From assembly GCF_009914755.1 (NCBI RefSeq), contig NC_060925.1: a stretch of DNA of 64,000 nucleotides, one strand, 5' to 3'. Numbering within the stretch: position 1 is the first letter of the stretch; every line of letters begins with the position of its first letter. The notes under the pieces are model-generated. The model was not told the origin of the DNA. It saw nothing but the letters and a program-made list of their open reading frames with translations, and did not search any database. The stretch comes from the human T2T-CHM13v2.0 reference genome, Homo sapiens. This document shows positions 41,355 to 56,115 of the stretch, in pieces. A program made the position numbers and the translations under genes.

Positions 41355-41570
41355 TTGGAGGATTTGGAGTCAAGAGGCCCATGTTCAAATCCCAGTTCTA
41401 GCTGTGTGATTGTGGGTAAGCTACTTAACTTTCGTTAGTCTCAGGTAACTCATAAATAATAATTAAGTAATAATAGTAATTTCCCCACAGAGTTGTTAGG
41501 AGGATAAGACGTGATAATGTGTATGAAAAGAGTTTTATAAAGTGCTTGGTAAGATTGGTTAGTTTTAAAG
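41355..41570 (+). mobile_element. MIR
   Basis: tttggagtcaagaggcccatgttcaaatcccagttctagctgtgtgattgtgggtaagctacttaac. Confidence 0.8.
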
Positions 41571-42744
41571 ACTCAATAAAATATGCTTGAATAAATGTGT
41601 CAGAGCATTACTCATCATTCCACGTGTGGCATCCAGATGAGGAGGCTCTAAAATTTATGACAAAATGGTTTGACAGAAAACTCACAGGATGCCAGCCACC
41701 TCATCGGTATTTGCTGTGTTCTTTCATAGTGTGTTGTTTTCTAAATTTTTTTCTTCTTCATTTTAATTAGGTCATGAAGTGCTCTCCAGTTAAGATCCTC
41801 ACCATCTTAATTAACACTCAGACATGCTGTGCTGTTTATCTCTATTTTTTTTTTTTTTTTTTGTCGCTGAGGTCATTTTACATGATCTCCTTGTCCTAAA
41901 TGAGGATCACCACTTTCCAAGGAGTGTCTCTTTAAAAGTCGCCTTTGCTGTTTCCCTCCTCTGAGTCCTCCATGGATAGGCTATGTAGGTTAATGGGACA
42001 GGTTGACTTGGAGGGATCCCCCTCTCCTCTAGCAACTTTCTGCACCTCCTCTTCCCTGCTGTCATTCCAATGGTAAGGATTCCAAATGGGAAGGGCCTCT
42101 ATGTTGGTGATACCAACTGCTGAACTGCAAATGATAACTCATTCTGGTGTGGTGTTGACAGAGGAGAAAGGCAGAGAGAGGCATGTTCCCCAGCAGCAGG
42201 TGGTGGCACTGGTCCAAGGAGAAGTATGTGGACAGTCTTTGACAACAGCACATGCCTGGCTTAGGATGTTTTTTTTTATCCATTTATTATGACCAGCTCC
42301 AAGAATAGGGAAGAACTTGGCAGAAAAGCCCCAGAATGCAGGCTGTGCTAGTCAGCAACTGTAGTGGTCAATTACTGGGATATTTCATTATATTTATTTA
42401 TTTACTTATTTTTGAGCTACATTGGAGGCTGTGAGTGGTGGGTAGGTGTCAAGTTGCTATCTTTTAACCCAATAATTTCAATTCTAAGTTGTAAGTAAAA
42501 AATTAGTTGTACTGTTGTTGGTCGCAGTATGTTTATGGTAGGTTGGAAAATAAACTAAGCTTTTAACAATAGAAACTTGTTTAATTAATAATGGCACATC
42601 AAAATGATGAAAGATTAGGCACTCATTAACATGATGCTTCAGAAGAATATTAAATTACATGGAAACTTTTCAAGGTATATTAACTACAAATCAGCAAGTT
42701 ACCAACATAGATTGCACAGTCTGATCTCAAGTTTATATCAGTGT

Positions 42745-43005
42745 GGGAGGCAGTATATTTTATGGGATACAAGCACATCCTCAGGAGCTAGGTTGCCTCT
42801 GTTCAAGTAACAGCTCTACCACTTAATATGTATGTAGCCTTGGGCAAGCCACCTCTCTATGCCTCAGTTTCTCCATATGTTAAGTGGAGATAATAATTTT
42901 GCCAATCTAATGAGATTGTTCTGAGGGCTAAAATAATCCACATAACATGCTTAGAACAGTGCTGGCTCACAGCATTCCTAGAGTAGATATTAGCTATTCT
43001 TATAA
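42745..43005 (+). mobile_element. MIR
   Basis: ccttgggcaagccacctctctatgcctcagtttctccatatgt...cttagaacagtgctggc. Confidence 0.85.
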
Positions 43006-43007
43006 TA

Positions 43008-43386
43008 CAGTCATACACACATAACATTTGGTCAACCGTGGGCTCCATGTATGGTGGCATTTCCATGAGATTATAATGGAGTGGAAAAATTTCTATCGCC
43101 TAGTGATGTGGCCATCTCAACATCACAGGGCAATTCATACCTTCTGTGTGTTTAGATACACAAATACTTACCATTGTATTACAATTGCCTACAGCATTCA
43201 TTATAGTAACATGCTACACAGGTTTGTAGCCTAGGAGCAATAGGCTATGCCATAACAGTATAGGTGTGTAGTAGGCTATGCCAAGTAGGTTTGTGTAACT
43301 ACATTCTGTGATGTGTGCACAACAACAAAATTGCTCAATTGATGCATTTCTCAAATGCATCCCTGTCATTAAGTGATGCATGGCTG
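43008..43386 (+). mobile_element. Tigger3/MER7-type DNA transposon
   Basis: CAGTCAT...ATGGCTG inverted termini with TA flanks. Contains gattataatggagtggaaaaatttctatcgcctagtga. Confidence 0.88.
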
Positions 43387-43989
43387 TAATTATATATGCA
43401 TAAAAGGGATAATACTAAAATAAGAGTGATTATCTCTGAATGGTATGATTATGATTTATTAGAATTTTCTTCATTGTGTATATTTATACCTTATATCTTC
43501 TACAATAAATACATAATATTTTATAATATGAAAAATATAGTGAAAGTGGTTTAAAAGTGCAGTTTGTTACTAAAAGATTAAAATACAGAACTTTTTTTTG
43601 CAAGGAAGATACTCCACAGATAAATTAATCTGAAGTGCCAAAAGCTATATTAGGTTGTTTTCTAAATTAAAAATCCTGTTCAACCCTAAATATTTATTTG
43701 GCGAGGACATTGTTAAGATATTGTCCTTTAGTAATATCAGAATCTAACTTATTTTTGTTTTTATTAGATGAACTCTCTTGGATAGAAGGATTCAAACAGA
43801 AAAATGCAAAAAGAAGTCAGATGGAAAACTCTGGAAAATCCAAGAAGGGAGCTAGTTGATGATGAGCAAAGCCACATGTGCTGTCTTGACAGCCATAGAG
43901 AAGAATGGAGGCCTCCATACCTGAGTGGAAAGAGAAGAACATGGGCAATGATTTTGTCTCTACAAAACAACAACAACAACAGACAAACA

Positions 43990-44160
43990 AAATTAGCTGG
44001 GTGTGGTGGTGTGCACCTGCAACTTCACTACTTAGCAGGCTGGGGTGGGAGGATGGCTTGAACCCAGGAGTTCAAGGCTATAGTGAGCTGTGATTGTGCC
44101 ACTGCACTCCAGCCTGACAGAACAAGACCATGTCTCAAAAGGAAAAAAAAAAAGAAAAGG
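43990..44160 (+). mobile_element. AluJ right arm/FRAM
   Basis: aattagctgggtgtggtgg...ggagttcaaggctatagtgagctgtgattgtgccactgcactccagcc, then an A tail. Confidence 0.85.
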
Positions 44161-44344
44161 AAAGAAGAAAAGAATTTAAAAAGAGAAGGGAGAATGAGAA
44201 GAGTCACAACTTTGATAAAGTGGGGAGCATTGGGTTGGGTATGGAATGGTAGTAGTCTTGTCTAGTTCAGAATCAGACAGACCTGAGTTTAGTCCTTCAC
44301 ATCTACCCTTTTACCCTTCTTATTTTATTTCCCTTCCCTTCCCA

Positions 44345-44830
44345 TTTTGTTATTCATTTAATAAAGTTTCTAAGTTCTACTTTCTTTTCGGTATTATGGT
44401 AGGCTTTGGGAATGCAAAGTTAAATGAAATGTGTCCTATACCTTCAAGGAGGATTGGGCCTTGTGGTGGTGATAGCTGACTCAGCAGACAATCACACAAT
44501 GGTGTTTTCAGTGCTTTGGTACAGGTATTCATAGGGTGCTGCAAGAGCAATAGGACTGGTAATGAAGTCTGCCTTTGTGATGAGATGGTTGGTGGTGAGA
44601 CACATGGTGGGTGGCTTCTGACAAAATGGGACATAGGATGAGTATTGTAGAAGTTAGCAGTAGACAAAGATGGAAAGAGGAAACAGCATGTATAATGTAC
44701 TAGGGTGATACAGTAGTTTGAGGAACCACAAGGAGCTTCATCTGGTGGGAAAGATTGGTATAAATGGGGGAACAGAAAGAAGGATGGACAGAAACCAGAT
44801 CATGATGGGCCTGGTTTGCTAAGGTAAGGA
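44345..44830 (-). mobile_element. L2 fragment
   Basis: tattcatttaataaa...gaaaccagatcatgatgggcctgg. Confidence 0.6.
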
Positions 44831-44899
44831 TTCACTGGTATGAAAGCATTCAATGCGATGGTGGTCTGTTGATGCCTGAAAATCCTGGAGAGTGACTGA

Positions 44900-45305
44900 T
44901 TTGGGGGAAGAAAGCTTCATGATCATTTCTGTGTTTGGCTGTGTGATCTTGGGCAGGTAACCTGTATGAGCTCCTTTTCTGTAAAATCTATAAGCTGACT
45001 ATACTAAAACCCACCTTGCTGTGCTATTGCAAAAATGAGAGCATGTCTCCGAGGCACCTATTATAGTACCTGGGTTTATAGTTATTATATGCTGGATAGC
45101 TCCAAAAATAAATAACTACTGCTTGGGAAGTAAGAAAGAATGTTTGGCTTGAAATAAGAAGGTCTGTTGTTAAATCTTGGTTCTGCCACTCCTTGGCTCT
45201 GTGACCTTGAACATATCATTTGACTTCTCTGAGCTTTGTTTTTTCACTTATGAGATGCAAACCATGTTGCCCTCACAAGATTAAGTCAGGATAGTGCTTG
45301 TGGTA
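44900..45305 (+). mobile_element. Two adjacent MIR fragments
   Basis: ggctgtgtgatcttgggcagg and ggctctgtgaccttgaacatatcatttgacttctctgagc cores. Confidence 0.7.
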
Positions 45306-45338
45306 GATAAACTCCCCCAGTACAAATTATTTCTTTCC

Positions 45339-45642
45339 AGCCGGGTGCAGTGGCTCACACCTGTAATCCCAGGACTTTGGGAGGCCCAGGCAGGTGGATC
45401 ATTTGAGGCCAGGAGTTCGAGACAGCATGGCCAACATGGTGACACTCCGTCTCTACTAAAAATGCAAAAAAATTAGCTGGGCGTGGTGGTGGGCGCCTGT
45501 AGTCCCAGCTACTTGGGAGGCTGAGGACTTGTAGGAGAATGGCTTGAACCTGGGAGGCGGAGGTTGCAGTGAGTGGAGATCATGCCACTGCACTTCAGCC
45601 TGGGAGACAGAGTGAGACTCTGTCTCAAAAAAAAAAAAAAAA
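45339..45642 (+). mobile_element. AluS
   Basis: Full dimer with poly-A, flanked by ttctttcca repeats. Confidence 0.95.
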
Positions 45643-45683
45643 ATTCTTTCCATTATTTTTTATCTTTCAGTTCTCTTTTTGTT

Positions 45684-45923
45684 TCCCTTTTGCAATTGCA
45701 GGCTTTTGTAAGTCAACCCTCTGCTTTATGAAGAACACACTAGGGTGGGGTATCACACTGTGAAGAATACATCACTGGAACTTGAATAGTAAACCAGCAG
45801 ATCGGGAGCAACATCTGGAGGGCCCATGCAAGCCTGGGGAGAGAAAGAGAGGTGCTGGCATGCCCACAAGGGAGCGAGAGCAAGTGAGTGTATGCACAGA
45901 GCACTTCTGGAGCATGACCCTCC
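45684..45923 (+). repeat. Approximately 240-bp local direct duplication, copy A
   Basis: Aligns to 47046-47284 at roughly 85-90% by eye. The parallel peptides in the ORF track (NSKPAD.EQH.EGPCKPG..RGAGM.TREREQVSVCTEH) confirm it. Confidence 0.95.
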
Positions 45924-47045
45924 TGCGATGCCTGCTGAGCCATTACTTGAAGGTCTACACAGGTGTAGACCAAATTCAAGGCCTAAATCAAGGGAAAGTA
46001 TTACCATATGTTCCCACACAGAGACTAAAAGAGAGGGCTGCTCCCAGCAAGAGGGGGAGGAGGGTAGAGGTGGAAGTGAGGAGCCAGGGGAGGAAGGGAG
46101 GAAAACAGAAAGAGCTGCCAATATAAAGAATTCATTAGAGGAAAGTCATGTTGTGACCTCCAAGATGAAGATGAGTGAAAATTCTTGTATGATTTAATAT
46201 TCAGTGGAAATATTCCAAACCACATGCGCTCTGGGCAGGCTGCGGTCTTTTACCTTAATTTCAGGGAAGTCCTACTACCCATTAAGCTTCATGTTGCTTA
46301 CATAGTCTGAGCTTCTTTGTAACATGCTGGCAGGGTGTAGATGAAGAGGCTTGACTGGAAGCCTGCAATTATGGAAGTCTGGACAGTGTGGAAGAACTGG
46401 GAGCCTGGCTGACCATTTATGTGAGAGAGGGACATGTCTTACCTGAGTGCCACGTAAGCCATAGAGCCTTATCTCCTGGGACACATGTGCTACAAGTCCA
46501 CTTTATTTTCTATAGCTCTCTCGGGCAGTTGAATTACTCCAGTGGTTTTTAAACTTAAAAAATATTAGAAACATTTTCTTAAGAACAACTTTTATGAAGC
46601 TATGATGCCATTTTTAAAAACAAAACAAAAATGTACTCTAAAACCTAATATGGTAAAAAAAACTTATCTGCTTGGGTTGAAAATCAGGATGGGGTCCTGA
46701 AGCCCTACCCACTTGCTTCTCTTCCCTTATGCAAATCCGTTCCTGAAAGTGTGAAAACTATCACTGTAGTACAACCTTCAATGTGTAAATGAGGAAATGG
46801 AGATGCTAGAGGCTTGTCCACATGCCCATAATTAATTAAGGGCTGAAGTTAGATTGAAATCACTATTTTTTTCATACCTGCTTTGGTGTATTTTCCTAGC
46901 TCTAGACTTGTAGCTATTTGCTTTCAGAATAGAGATAATTAAAATATTGCCGCGTCTGATCAACCCAGAGACATAGGAAAAACTGAAAGAGTTTGAAGAA
47001 CCTGATGCTCTCCCATCTGTAAATGGCCTAGAGGAAGCCTCCACA

Positions 47046-47284
47046 TCCCTTTCGCAACTGCAGGCTTTTGTAACTCAACCCTTTGCTTCATGAAGAAGAA
47101 CACCCTGGGGTGGGGTATCACACTGTGAAGAATACATGCTGGAACTTGAACAGTAAACCAGCAGATCAGGAGCAACATGTGGAGGGCCCATGCAAGCCTG
47201 GGCAGAGGAGAGGCGCTGGCATGCTCACAAGGGAGCGAGAGCAAGTGAGTGTATGCACAGAGCACTCCTGGAACATAACCCTCC
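47046..47284 (+). repeat. Approximately 240-bp local direct duplication, copy B
   Basis: See copy A. Confidence 0.95.
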
Positions 47285-47826
47285 CCCACCAACACTGCGC
47301 AAGGCGGATGCAAGCAAAATACACATCTGTTGAATGGGAATGAAACGCTGTGGTTTTAGGAAAGAGTCTCTGGGACCCCACAGTCTCTCCAGTCTTAGAC
47401 TTTCCCTGTCTCAAAGAGACTGGGACTCTGAGGAGTTTTTCTCCCAGGAATATTCTATCCTCCTGCAAAGGGGCTCTGGGCTTTAGACTTAGAAAAACCT
47501 CAAATTGCTAGTTTATTATTTAGACAAGCAAATTCAGGATGACTTGCATCATCTTGCAAGTATGGCAAAGTGGACCAGGGCAAAACCTTCCTAGGATTTT
47601 TGTTGAGCTGTAAGTTTCCTTTCCAGTCAAAGAAGAATGATTGGTTTAGCACATTAATATCTATCAAGAGTAAAAAAATGAGTGTTTGAAGATTCTTGCT
47701 GAGTTTCTCATTTTCCTGAGGCATTCACAGTCAGGTCCTTTATTTCCTTTAAGCCTACTGGTTCCCCTGAATGTGTTATGTCCTGAATTATCAAGAGGTT
47801 CTGATGCCTGCTGAAATCATCATGGG

Positions 47827-48192
47827 TGTAATAGAGACAGTGGTACTCACCAAACATTCCATCTGCTCTTTCGCATTTGCCAAATCCCTTGCACTTAGGT
47901 GGGGCCATGAGCCTAGTTCTGACCAATGAAACATAAGCTGAACTGGTGAAAAGCCTATGTGCAAATCTCCAGGCTCTCCTTCACTGACACCAGCACTTTC
48001 CAGATGGCAAAGTCCCCACCAGCCTGGAACCCTGAGTAACTTTGATAAGCAGAGTATCCTTCTCCCATGGACCTATGCTGGATATTCATCATAAATGAGA
48101 CACAAGCCTTTGTTATTTTAAATCACTAAGATTTCAAGGCTAATTTGTTATGCAGCATAACCTAGTTGTGACTAATTAGTCATGACTAATAC
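47827..48192 (+). mobile_element. MLT1 (H/I/J-like) MaLR LTR
   Basis: cccttgcacttaggtggggccatgagcctagttctgaccaatgaaa...aaatcactaagatttcaagg..tttgttatgcagcataacc. Confidence 0.75.
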
Positions 48193-49744
48193 AGGGATAA
48201 TTGGGCTTGAAGCAAGGAAGACTGAAGACCTGCTCTGGTGAGAGCAGCGTTCTCTTTAGGATCTGGCAGCCCCGGGGTTTGAGGCAGTTGTGTGGTGTAT
48301 GGAGCTGCCTTGTACTGGCTTGTTACCCTGGATTGTGCACATTTTTTCCCAACTCTACGTTTAATGACATCACCTTGATAACTTGTCATTGGCCATGGTA
48401 GAAGTATTTACACCATAGAAATTGTCTAATGTTACAAATCATGGCATTTTTGTTTTTCCTGGCAAGGTAGTTGTTAAATACTCATATCAAAACATCACAT
48501 CATACTCCTTAAATATATACAATTATTACTTGTCAATTAAAAATAAAATTAAAAAATTATTTATAAAAACCAAGCAGCCAGGCCTCAGCAAAATTATGAC
48601 ACAGGAAGAAAAAGTTTAATAGCACATCACTGATTTTAAGTCTCTACAGAGAGAGTCAAGGTGGCAGCTGGAAATGAAACAGTAGGACCCTTAGTAAATG
48701 AGAACTCCATAAGTTTCTTAATTATTTCCCAATTTCTGCAGAGAAAAAATTTGGTAGAGAGATAACTTACTAGGTATGTTTTTCTCCAAATCATGAAATA
48801 GGCAGTCAAAATAATGTCTTTGCCAGAACACCCTAAATATCAGAATTTTTAGCTCATTTTTAAAATTTATATTTTAAAAATTATTATTGATACATAATAA
48901 CTGTATATATTTATGGAGTATATGTAATGTTTTCATATAGGCATATAATGTATAATGATCAAAGCAAGGTAATTGGTGTATCCATCATCACAAGCATTTA
49001 TTTCTTTGTGTTAGGAATAGTTCAATTCCACTCTTTTAGTTATTTTTAAAAACATACAACATATTATTGTTAACTATAATCACCCTATTTGTGCTACAGA
49101 ACACTAGATCTTATTCATTCTATTTAACTATATTTTTGTATTTCTATTTAATGGCCCTTTTAGCTGGAGTGAGATGATAGCAATTACCATTCCCACAGTA
49201 TCCCCATTCCCCACTACCCTTCCCATCCTCTGGTAACCATTGTTCTACTCTCTAAGGGTTTATTTATTGTTTTTGTTAGCTCCCACATATGAGTGAGAAT
49301 GTGTAATATCTGTCTTTCTGTGCCTTGTTTACTTAACATAATGTCCTCTAGTTCCATTCATGTTGTTGCAAATGACAGGATTTCATTCTTTTTTATGGCT
49401 GAATAATATTCCATTAGGTATATGTACCCCATTTTCTTTATCCACTCATCCATTGATGGACCTTTAGGTTGATTCCATATATTGTCTATTGAAATAGTGC
49501 TCAATAAACATGAGAGTGCAGATGTCTGTTTGATGTACCGATTTTCTTTCTTTTGGATTATATCCAGCAGTGGGATTGCTGGATCCTATAGTAGTTCTAT
49601 TTTTAGATTTTTGAGGAACCTCCATACTGTTCTGCATAGTGTCTGTACTAATTTACAATCTCACCAATAGTGTACAAGGGTTCTCCTTTCTCTAATTCCT
49701 TGCCAGTATTTATTATTGCCTGTCTTTTGGATAAAAGCCATTTT

Positions 49745-50005
49745 ATTCCCAGATACTCAGAATGCTGAGGCAGGAGGATTATCGAGGCTAGAAGTTGAAT
49801 TCAGCCTTGGGAATACAGTGAGACACTACTGCTATTTTTTTTTTTTTAATTAGCTGGGCATGGTAGCATGCTCCTGTAGTCCTAGCTATTCAGGAGGCTG
49901 ACGTGGGAGGATCGTTTGAGCTCAGTAGTTTCTGGCTGTAGTGAGCTGCTATCACACCACTGCACTCCACCCTGGGCAACATAGCAAGACTTTAGTTCAA
50001 AAAAA
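49745..50005 (+). mobile_element. AluJ, diverged, with a poly-T linker
   Basis: Two arms. TSD aaaagccatttta on both sides. Confidence 0.85.
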
Positions 50006-51175
50006 GCCATTTTAGCTGGAGTGAGATGACAGCTCATCGTAGTTTTGATTTGCATTTTTCTGATGACTAGTGATGAGCATTTTTCCATGCACCTGTTGGC
50101 TATTTGCATGTCTTCTTTTGAGAAATATCTATGCAGATCTTTTACCCATTTTAAATCAGATTATTTTTCTGTTTAAATTGTTTGAGCTCCTTATTATTAA
50201 TCGTTTGCCAGTTGAATTGTTAGCAAATATTTTCTCTTATTCTGTGGGTTGTCTCTTCACTTTGTTGTTTTCTTTGTTGTGCAGAAGCTTTTAGCTTGAT
50301 ATGATCCCATTTATTCATTTTTGCTTTGGTTGCCTGTGCTTTTGAAGTCTTACTAAAGAAATCATTGCCCAAACTAATGTCCTGGAGTAATTCCCCAGTG
50401 TTTTCTAATAGTAGTTTCATAGTTTCAGGTCTTAAATTTAAGTCTTTAATCCATTTTGAGTTTATTTTTATATATGTTTGAGTTTATGTTTATTTTATAT
50501 GTTTTATATATGTTTGAGTCTATTTTTATATATTTTTATTTTATATATTTTATATATGGTAAGAGAAAGGAATCTAGTTTCATTCTTCTGCATATGGTTG
50601 TCCAGTTTTCCCAGCACCATTTATTGAAGAGAATGACCTTTCCCAAAAGTATGTTTTTGGGGCCTTCATTGAAGATAAATTCACTGTAAAATTTATTTTC
50701 TGTTCCATTGGTCTGTGTCTGTTTTTATACCAGTATCATGCTGTTTTGGTGGTTATAGCTTTGTAGTATAATTTAGATGTAGGTAATGTGATGCCTCCAG
50801 TTTTGTTCTGGGTATTCTAGGTCTGTTGTTGTTCCACATACATTTTAGAATTATTTATTTCAATTTTTGTGAAAAAATGTCATAGGTATTTTGATAGGGA
50901 TTGCATTGAATCTTTAGATTGCTTTAGGTAGTATGGGCATTTTAACAATATTGATTCTCCCAATCCATGAACATGGAAAGTCATTCCACTGTTTTGTGTC
51001 CTCTTCAATTTCCTTCATCAATGTTTACAGTTTTCATTGTAGAGGTCTTTGACTTCTTAGGTTAAGTTTATTCCTAGATAGTTTATTTCATTTGTAGCTA
51101 TTGTAAATGGCATTACTTTCTTGATTTCTTTTTTAGATTGTTCAATATTGGCATATAGAAATGCTACTGATTTTT

Positions 51176-51478
51176 GGCCAGGTGCAGTGGCTCATGCCTG
51201 TAATCCTAGAACTTTGGGAGGCTGAGGCAGTTGGATCACGAGGTCAGAAGATCGAGACTATCCTGGCTAACACGGTGAAACCCCATCTCTACTAAAAATA
51301 CAAAAAATTAGCCAGGTGTGGTGGCGGCTGCCTGTAGTCCCAGCTACTCAGGAGGCTGAGGCAGGAGAATGGCATGAACCCGGGAGGCAGACCTTGCAGT
51401 GAGCCGAGATCGCGCTGCTGCACTCCAGCCTGGGCGAAAGAGCGAGACTCAGTCTCAAAAAAAAAAGAAAAGAAAAGA
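51176..51478 (+). mobile_element. AluY-like
   Basis: gatcgagactatcctggctaacacggtgaaacc. TSD agaaatgctactgattttt. Confidence 0.95.
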
Positions 51479-52904
51479 AATGCTACTGATTTTTGTATGT
51501 GTATTTTGCATCTTGTAATTTTAGTGAATTTATCAGTTTTAAAAGTTTTCAGGTGGAGTTGTTAGGTTTTTCTAGGATATGATAGGATCATATCATCTGC
51601 AAACAAAGATAATTTTACTTTTTCCTTTCCAAATTGGATGCTTTTTAAATTTCTTTCACTTGTCTAATTGCTCTGGCTGGTACTTCTAGTACTATGTTAA
51701 ACAAAAGTGGTAAAAGTGAGCATTCTTATTTTATTTCAGACCTTAGGAGAAGGCTTTCAGTTTTTTTCCCATTCAATATGATACCAACTTTGGGTTTATT
51801 GTATTTGGCTTTGATCATGTTTCTGAGTTTGTTTTTTTCTAGCTGTTATCTTTGCCAAAAGCATCTTTTACCTTAGTCAATGACATCTAGCAGACTTCTG
51901 TGCCCTTTAGATTTTCAAGTGAATTAGCTGATAAGGAAGTTGATCAGCTGTGACTTGCTGGCATGTAAATGTAGAAAGCACTTAATTCAGCATTCTTCTC
52001 TTTTCCAGCATTCTTTTATATTAAAAAAATTCCATGTATCTTTCCACATTGTCACCACTATCCTCTTTCATGAGGACAAAACTAATAGATTCCAATTTGA
52101 TTTGTTGGGAGTTTGATATACAATTAAAAGCCTAACAAATCATTACTCATTAAATGATATTTAATGCCTTTGCTTGAGGGTTCCAAATATGAAAGATTTA
52201 ATTCCTTAATATAATACATTAATATTTTCACATACAAAAATAAGTACTCTGTATAAGAAACTCCATGCTTTGACTGCATACTCATGAAAATCCTCTGCCC
52301 TCATCCTCTTTTTCTGTTAGCGACACTCTTAGAGTAATCATGGCTCTAGACTTTAAAGAGGAGTAATGACTCAGAGATTGGCCAATGTTATCTGTACCCT
52401 CATCTCCCAAAGTAGGGGGAAAGGTCTCGCTTACCTACATAGTATCACAAAGTAGTAAACATTCTTCTTTCTAGCTGCATCTTTACTTATTCTTTCTGGC
52501 ATTTTCCCTGTTGTTTCAACTGTGAAATATGGTGGGTGTGTAGTAAGGGAGGCTTACATATGCACTTAAAGATGTGTTATGAAAACCTGATTTATTTCAT
52601 TTCATGTGGAGTTATGAAATAATTTTGATTGACATATTACATTGTTTGGCTTGAATATTAAATATCATTGGTGAATAGCTTATGTTTCATTACACTGGCA
52701 ACTGCTATCTGCTAAAAATCAGATACTAGGATATATCTTTCCAGCATATGAAATTCTGAGAAACAGCCTTGACCTGACCTTCTTGACCTCAGTTTCTTCA
52801 TTAGTAAAATGAGGGTTTGACCTAATGATTTATGGGGTTTCTCTCAAGTCAAACTGTTTTTGATTGTACAGGTATGCCATTATACAGACATACAGGGCTA
52901 AAAG

Positions 52905-54345
<1,441 letters not shown>

Positions 54346-55237
54346 CGCTTAGTGGCTATTGAAAGCTCCTTGCCACTCTTCAGTAAAACCATCATAATAC
54401 AAAAACACAGCTTTGTAGCCACCATTGGGATATGCTGGAGGACAGGATAAGGAGGGAAGTAGTACTAGACGTGCCTAGGGTTTCTTCTGTGTAAGCAGTT
54501 ATGTTATTGTGTCTTTGCTGCAATGAATTTACAAGAGTCACTAAAGAATTTGTGTTAGTTTGTGGTTACAGAGACTGTTTGCTGCAGCTGGTGACCCTGT
54601 ACTCTCACTGCAAGGAAGGAACACAGTGGCCCTGTGTGCCTTGTGGCTTTGGGGAGCACATCACTGCTAATTCCTGAGGAGAGGGGGAAATTGGGCACAT
54701 TTAAATTTCTCTTTCTAAGTTACAAAGGCAAAAATTAGTGACTCTTTTGGATGCCCCTGTCTAAATGTTCACACTTGAGAGAAAATTGCCTTCTCCAGGA
54801 AGTAATAAATCTCTCTCACCAATGGAAGTCACTCACATCCTGAAACAACAACCCTCAGCTGAAAAGGAGAAACAATTAAAACATTTCTTTCCCCTGTGAA
54901 ACTCTCTTTCTCCAAACATGTGTTCCTATTAGACTATAGAGAGCACCATTATGCAGACATCGCAAACTTCTTGATGACTTGTCCAGAAACATAATTGGCC
55001 GTGGCCGAAGGACCACAGCAAACATGCCCAGGGTGTGAAAATGTTAGGCCAAGATAATTGCTGGAGGGGTTCTGCCTGTAAGGCAGGCTGAACAAGCAAA
55101 CCAGGCCAAGCCTACACTGACATGGCCCATGCTTAATGTGAGGAAGCAAGAGCCAGAGTAGGTGGTGGGGGCAAGGTGGATGCAAGGTGAGATTTGGATA
55201 TGCATCCTTTAAATCTTTTACATCTTCATTTTGCAGG

Positions 55238-55238
<1 letters not shown>

Positions 55239-55300
<62 letters not shown>
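55239..55300 (+). repeat. Compound (TG)n(AG)n microsatellite
   Basis: Directly visible. Confidence 0.97.
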
Positions 55301-55884
55301 CTGTGTTGCTTTTTGTCCTTTACCTGTGTTTTGCCCTTTTGTCGGACTTTCTAACTTTTCCTCTGCCTCTGGTCTTGTTTCTTTCATGTCAGTCTTTACC
55401 AGAATGGAATGCCCGTGAAGAAACTACTTAAGGCTTTTTAAGGGCTCCCCTGCTCCTACAGCTGTCAGTCAGTATACCCTGAATGCAGAAGAGTGCAAAT
55501 ACCTACCTCCTAGGAAAGCTGGGGCAATTCTCCTCAAGAGAGGAAGCTTCTGGAAATCTCACTTTTAATGTAAAAATTCAAGAAATTCTTTGACTCATTC
55601 CATAATATGTCTGTATTTGTTTTAATAAAAATTGTTATTTTAAGCTACCTATCATTGGGGAAAAAGTATGTTCCAAGAGGATACACTTTATCCATAAGTG
55701 TGTGTGCCCCAGCTTGAGAAACAAGGGTCCATGGGAACTCCATCAACTGGCCTCCTACCTCAAATTTCACCAATTAAACCAAAGCGACTTCATGCATGGA
55801 GGTGTTACAAGGAATTTATTTTCTCATTAGTTGTACCTAATAATTTGTGTCTAGTTTATAGATGAAATTATTCTACTTGATATT

Positions 55885-56115
55885 GAAGTGGTGTTCAATA
55901 GAAACACAGAGATTAGGAGAGAACCAGGTGGTCCTAGGCCTGATGCCTGCTTTGCCATTTACTGGATACGTAACCTTATGGAGCCTCAGTTTCCTCATCT
56001 GTAAAGTGGGGGTTATAATGGCACTTGCACCAAGAGAGTGTTAAGAGGATTCAATGAAATGTTTGTAATGTGTATATCATGTGCCTGACATATAGTAAGT
56101 GCTCAGTATATACCA
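55885..56115 (+). mobile_element. MIR
   Basis: gagcctcagtttcctcatctgtaaagtgggg...tgcctgacatatagtaagtgctcagta. Confidence 0.88.

Larger units (their letters stand above)
48860..51820 (-). mobile_element. L1MA-type 3' 2.5 kb with two Alu insertions
   Basis: Antisense L1 3'UTR and ORF2 sequence (ccagcagtgggattgctggatc, ttttcccagcaccatttattgaagaga). Confidence 0.92.

Noticed and set aside
45740-46225. Cluster of overlapping ORFs on both strands
   Set aside because: Locally GC/purine-rich sequence, and the duplicate copy has frame-breaking differences.
50455-50560. Degenerate tttgagtttatttttatatatg repeats in L1
   Set aside because: Ordinary slippage expansion of AT-rich sequence.
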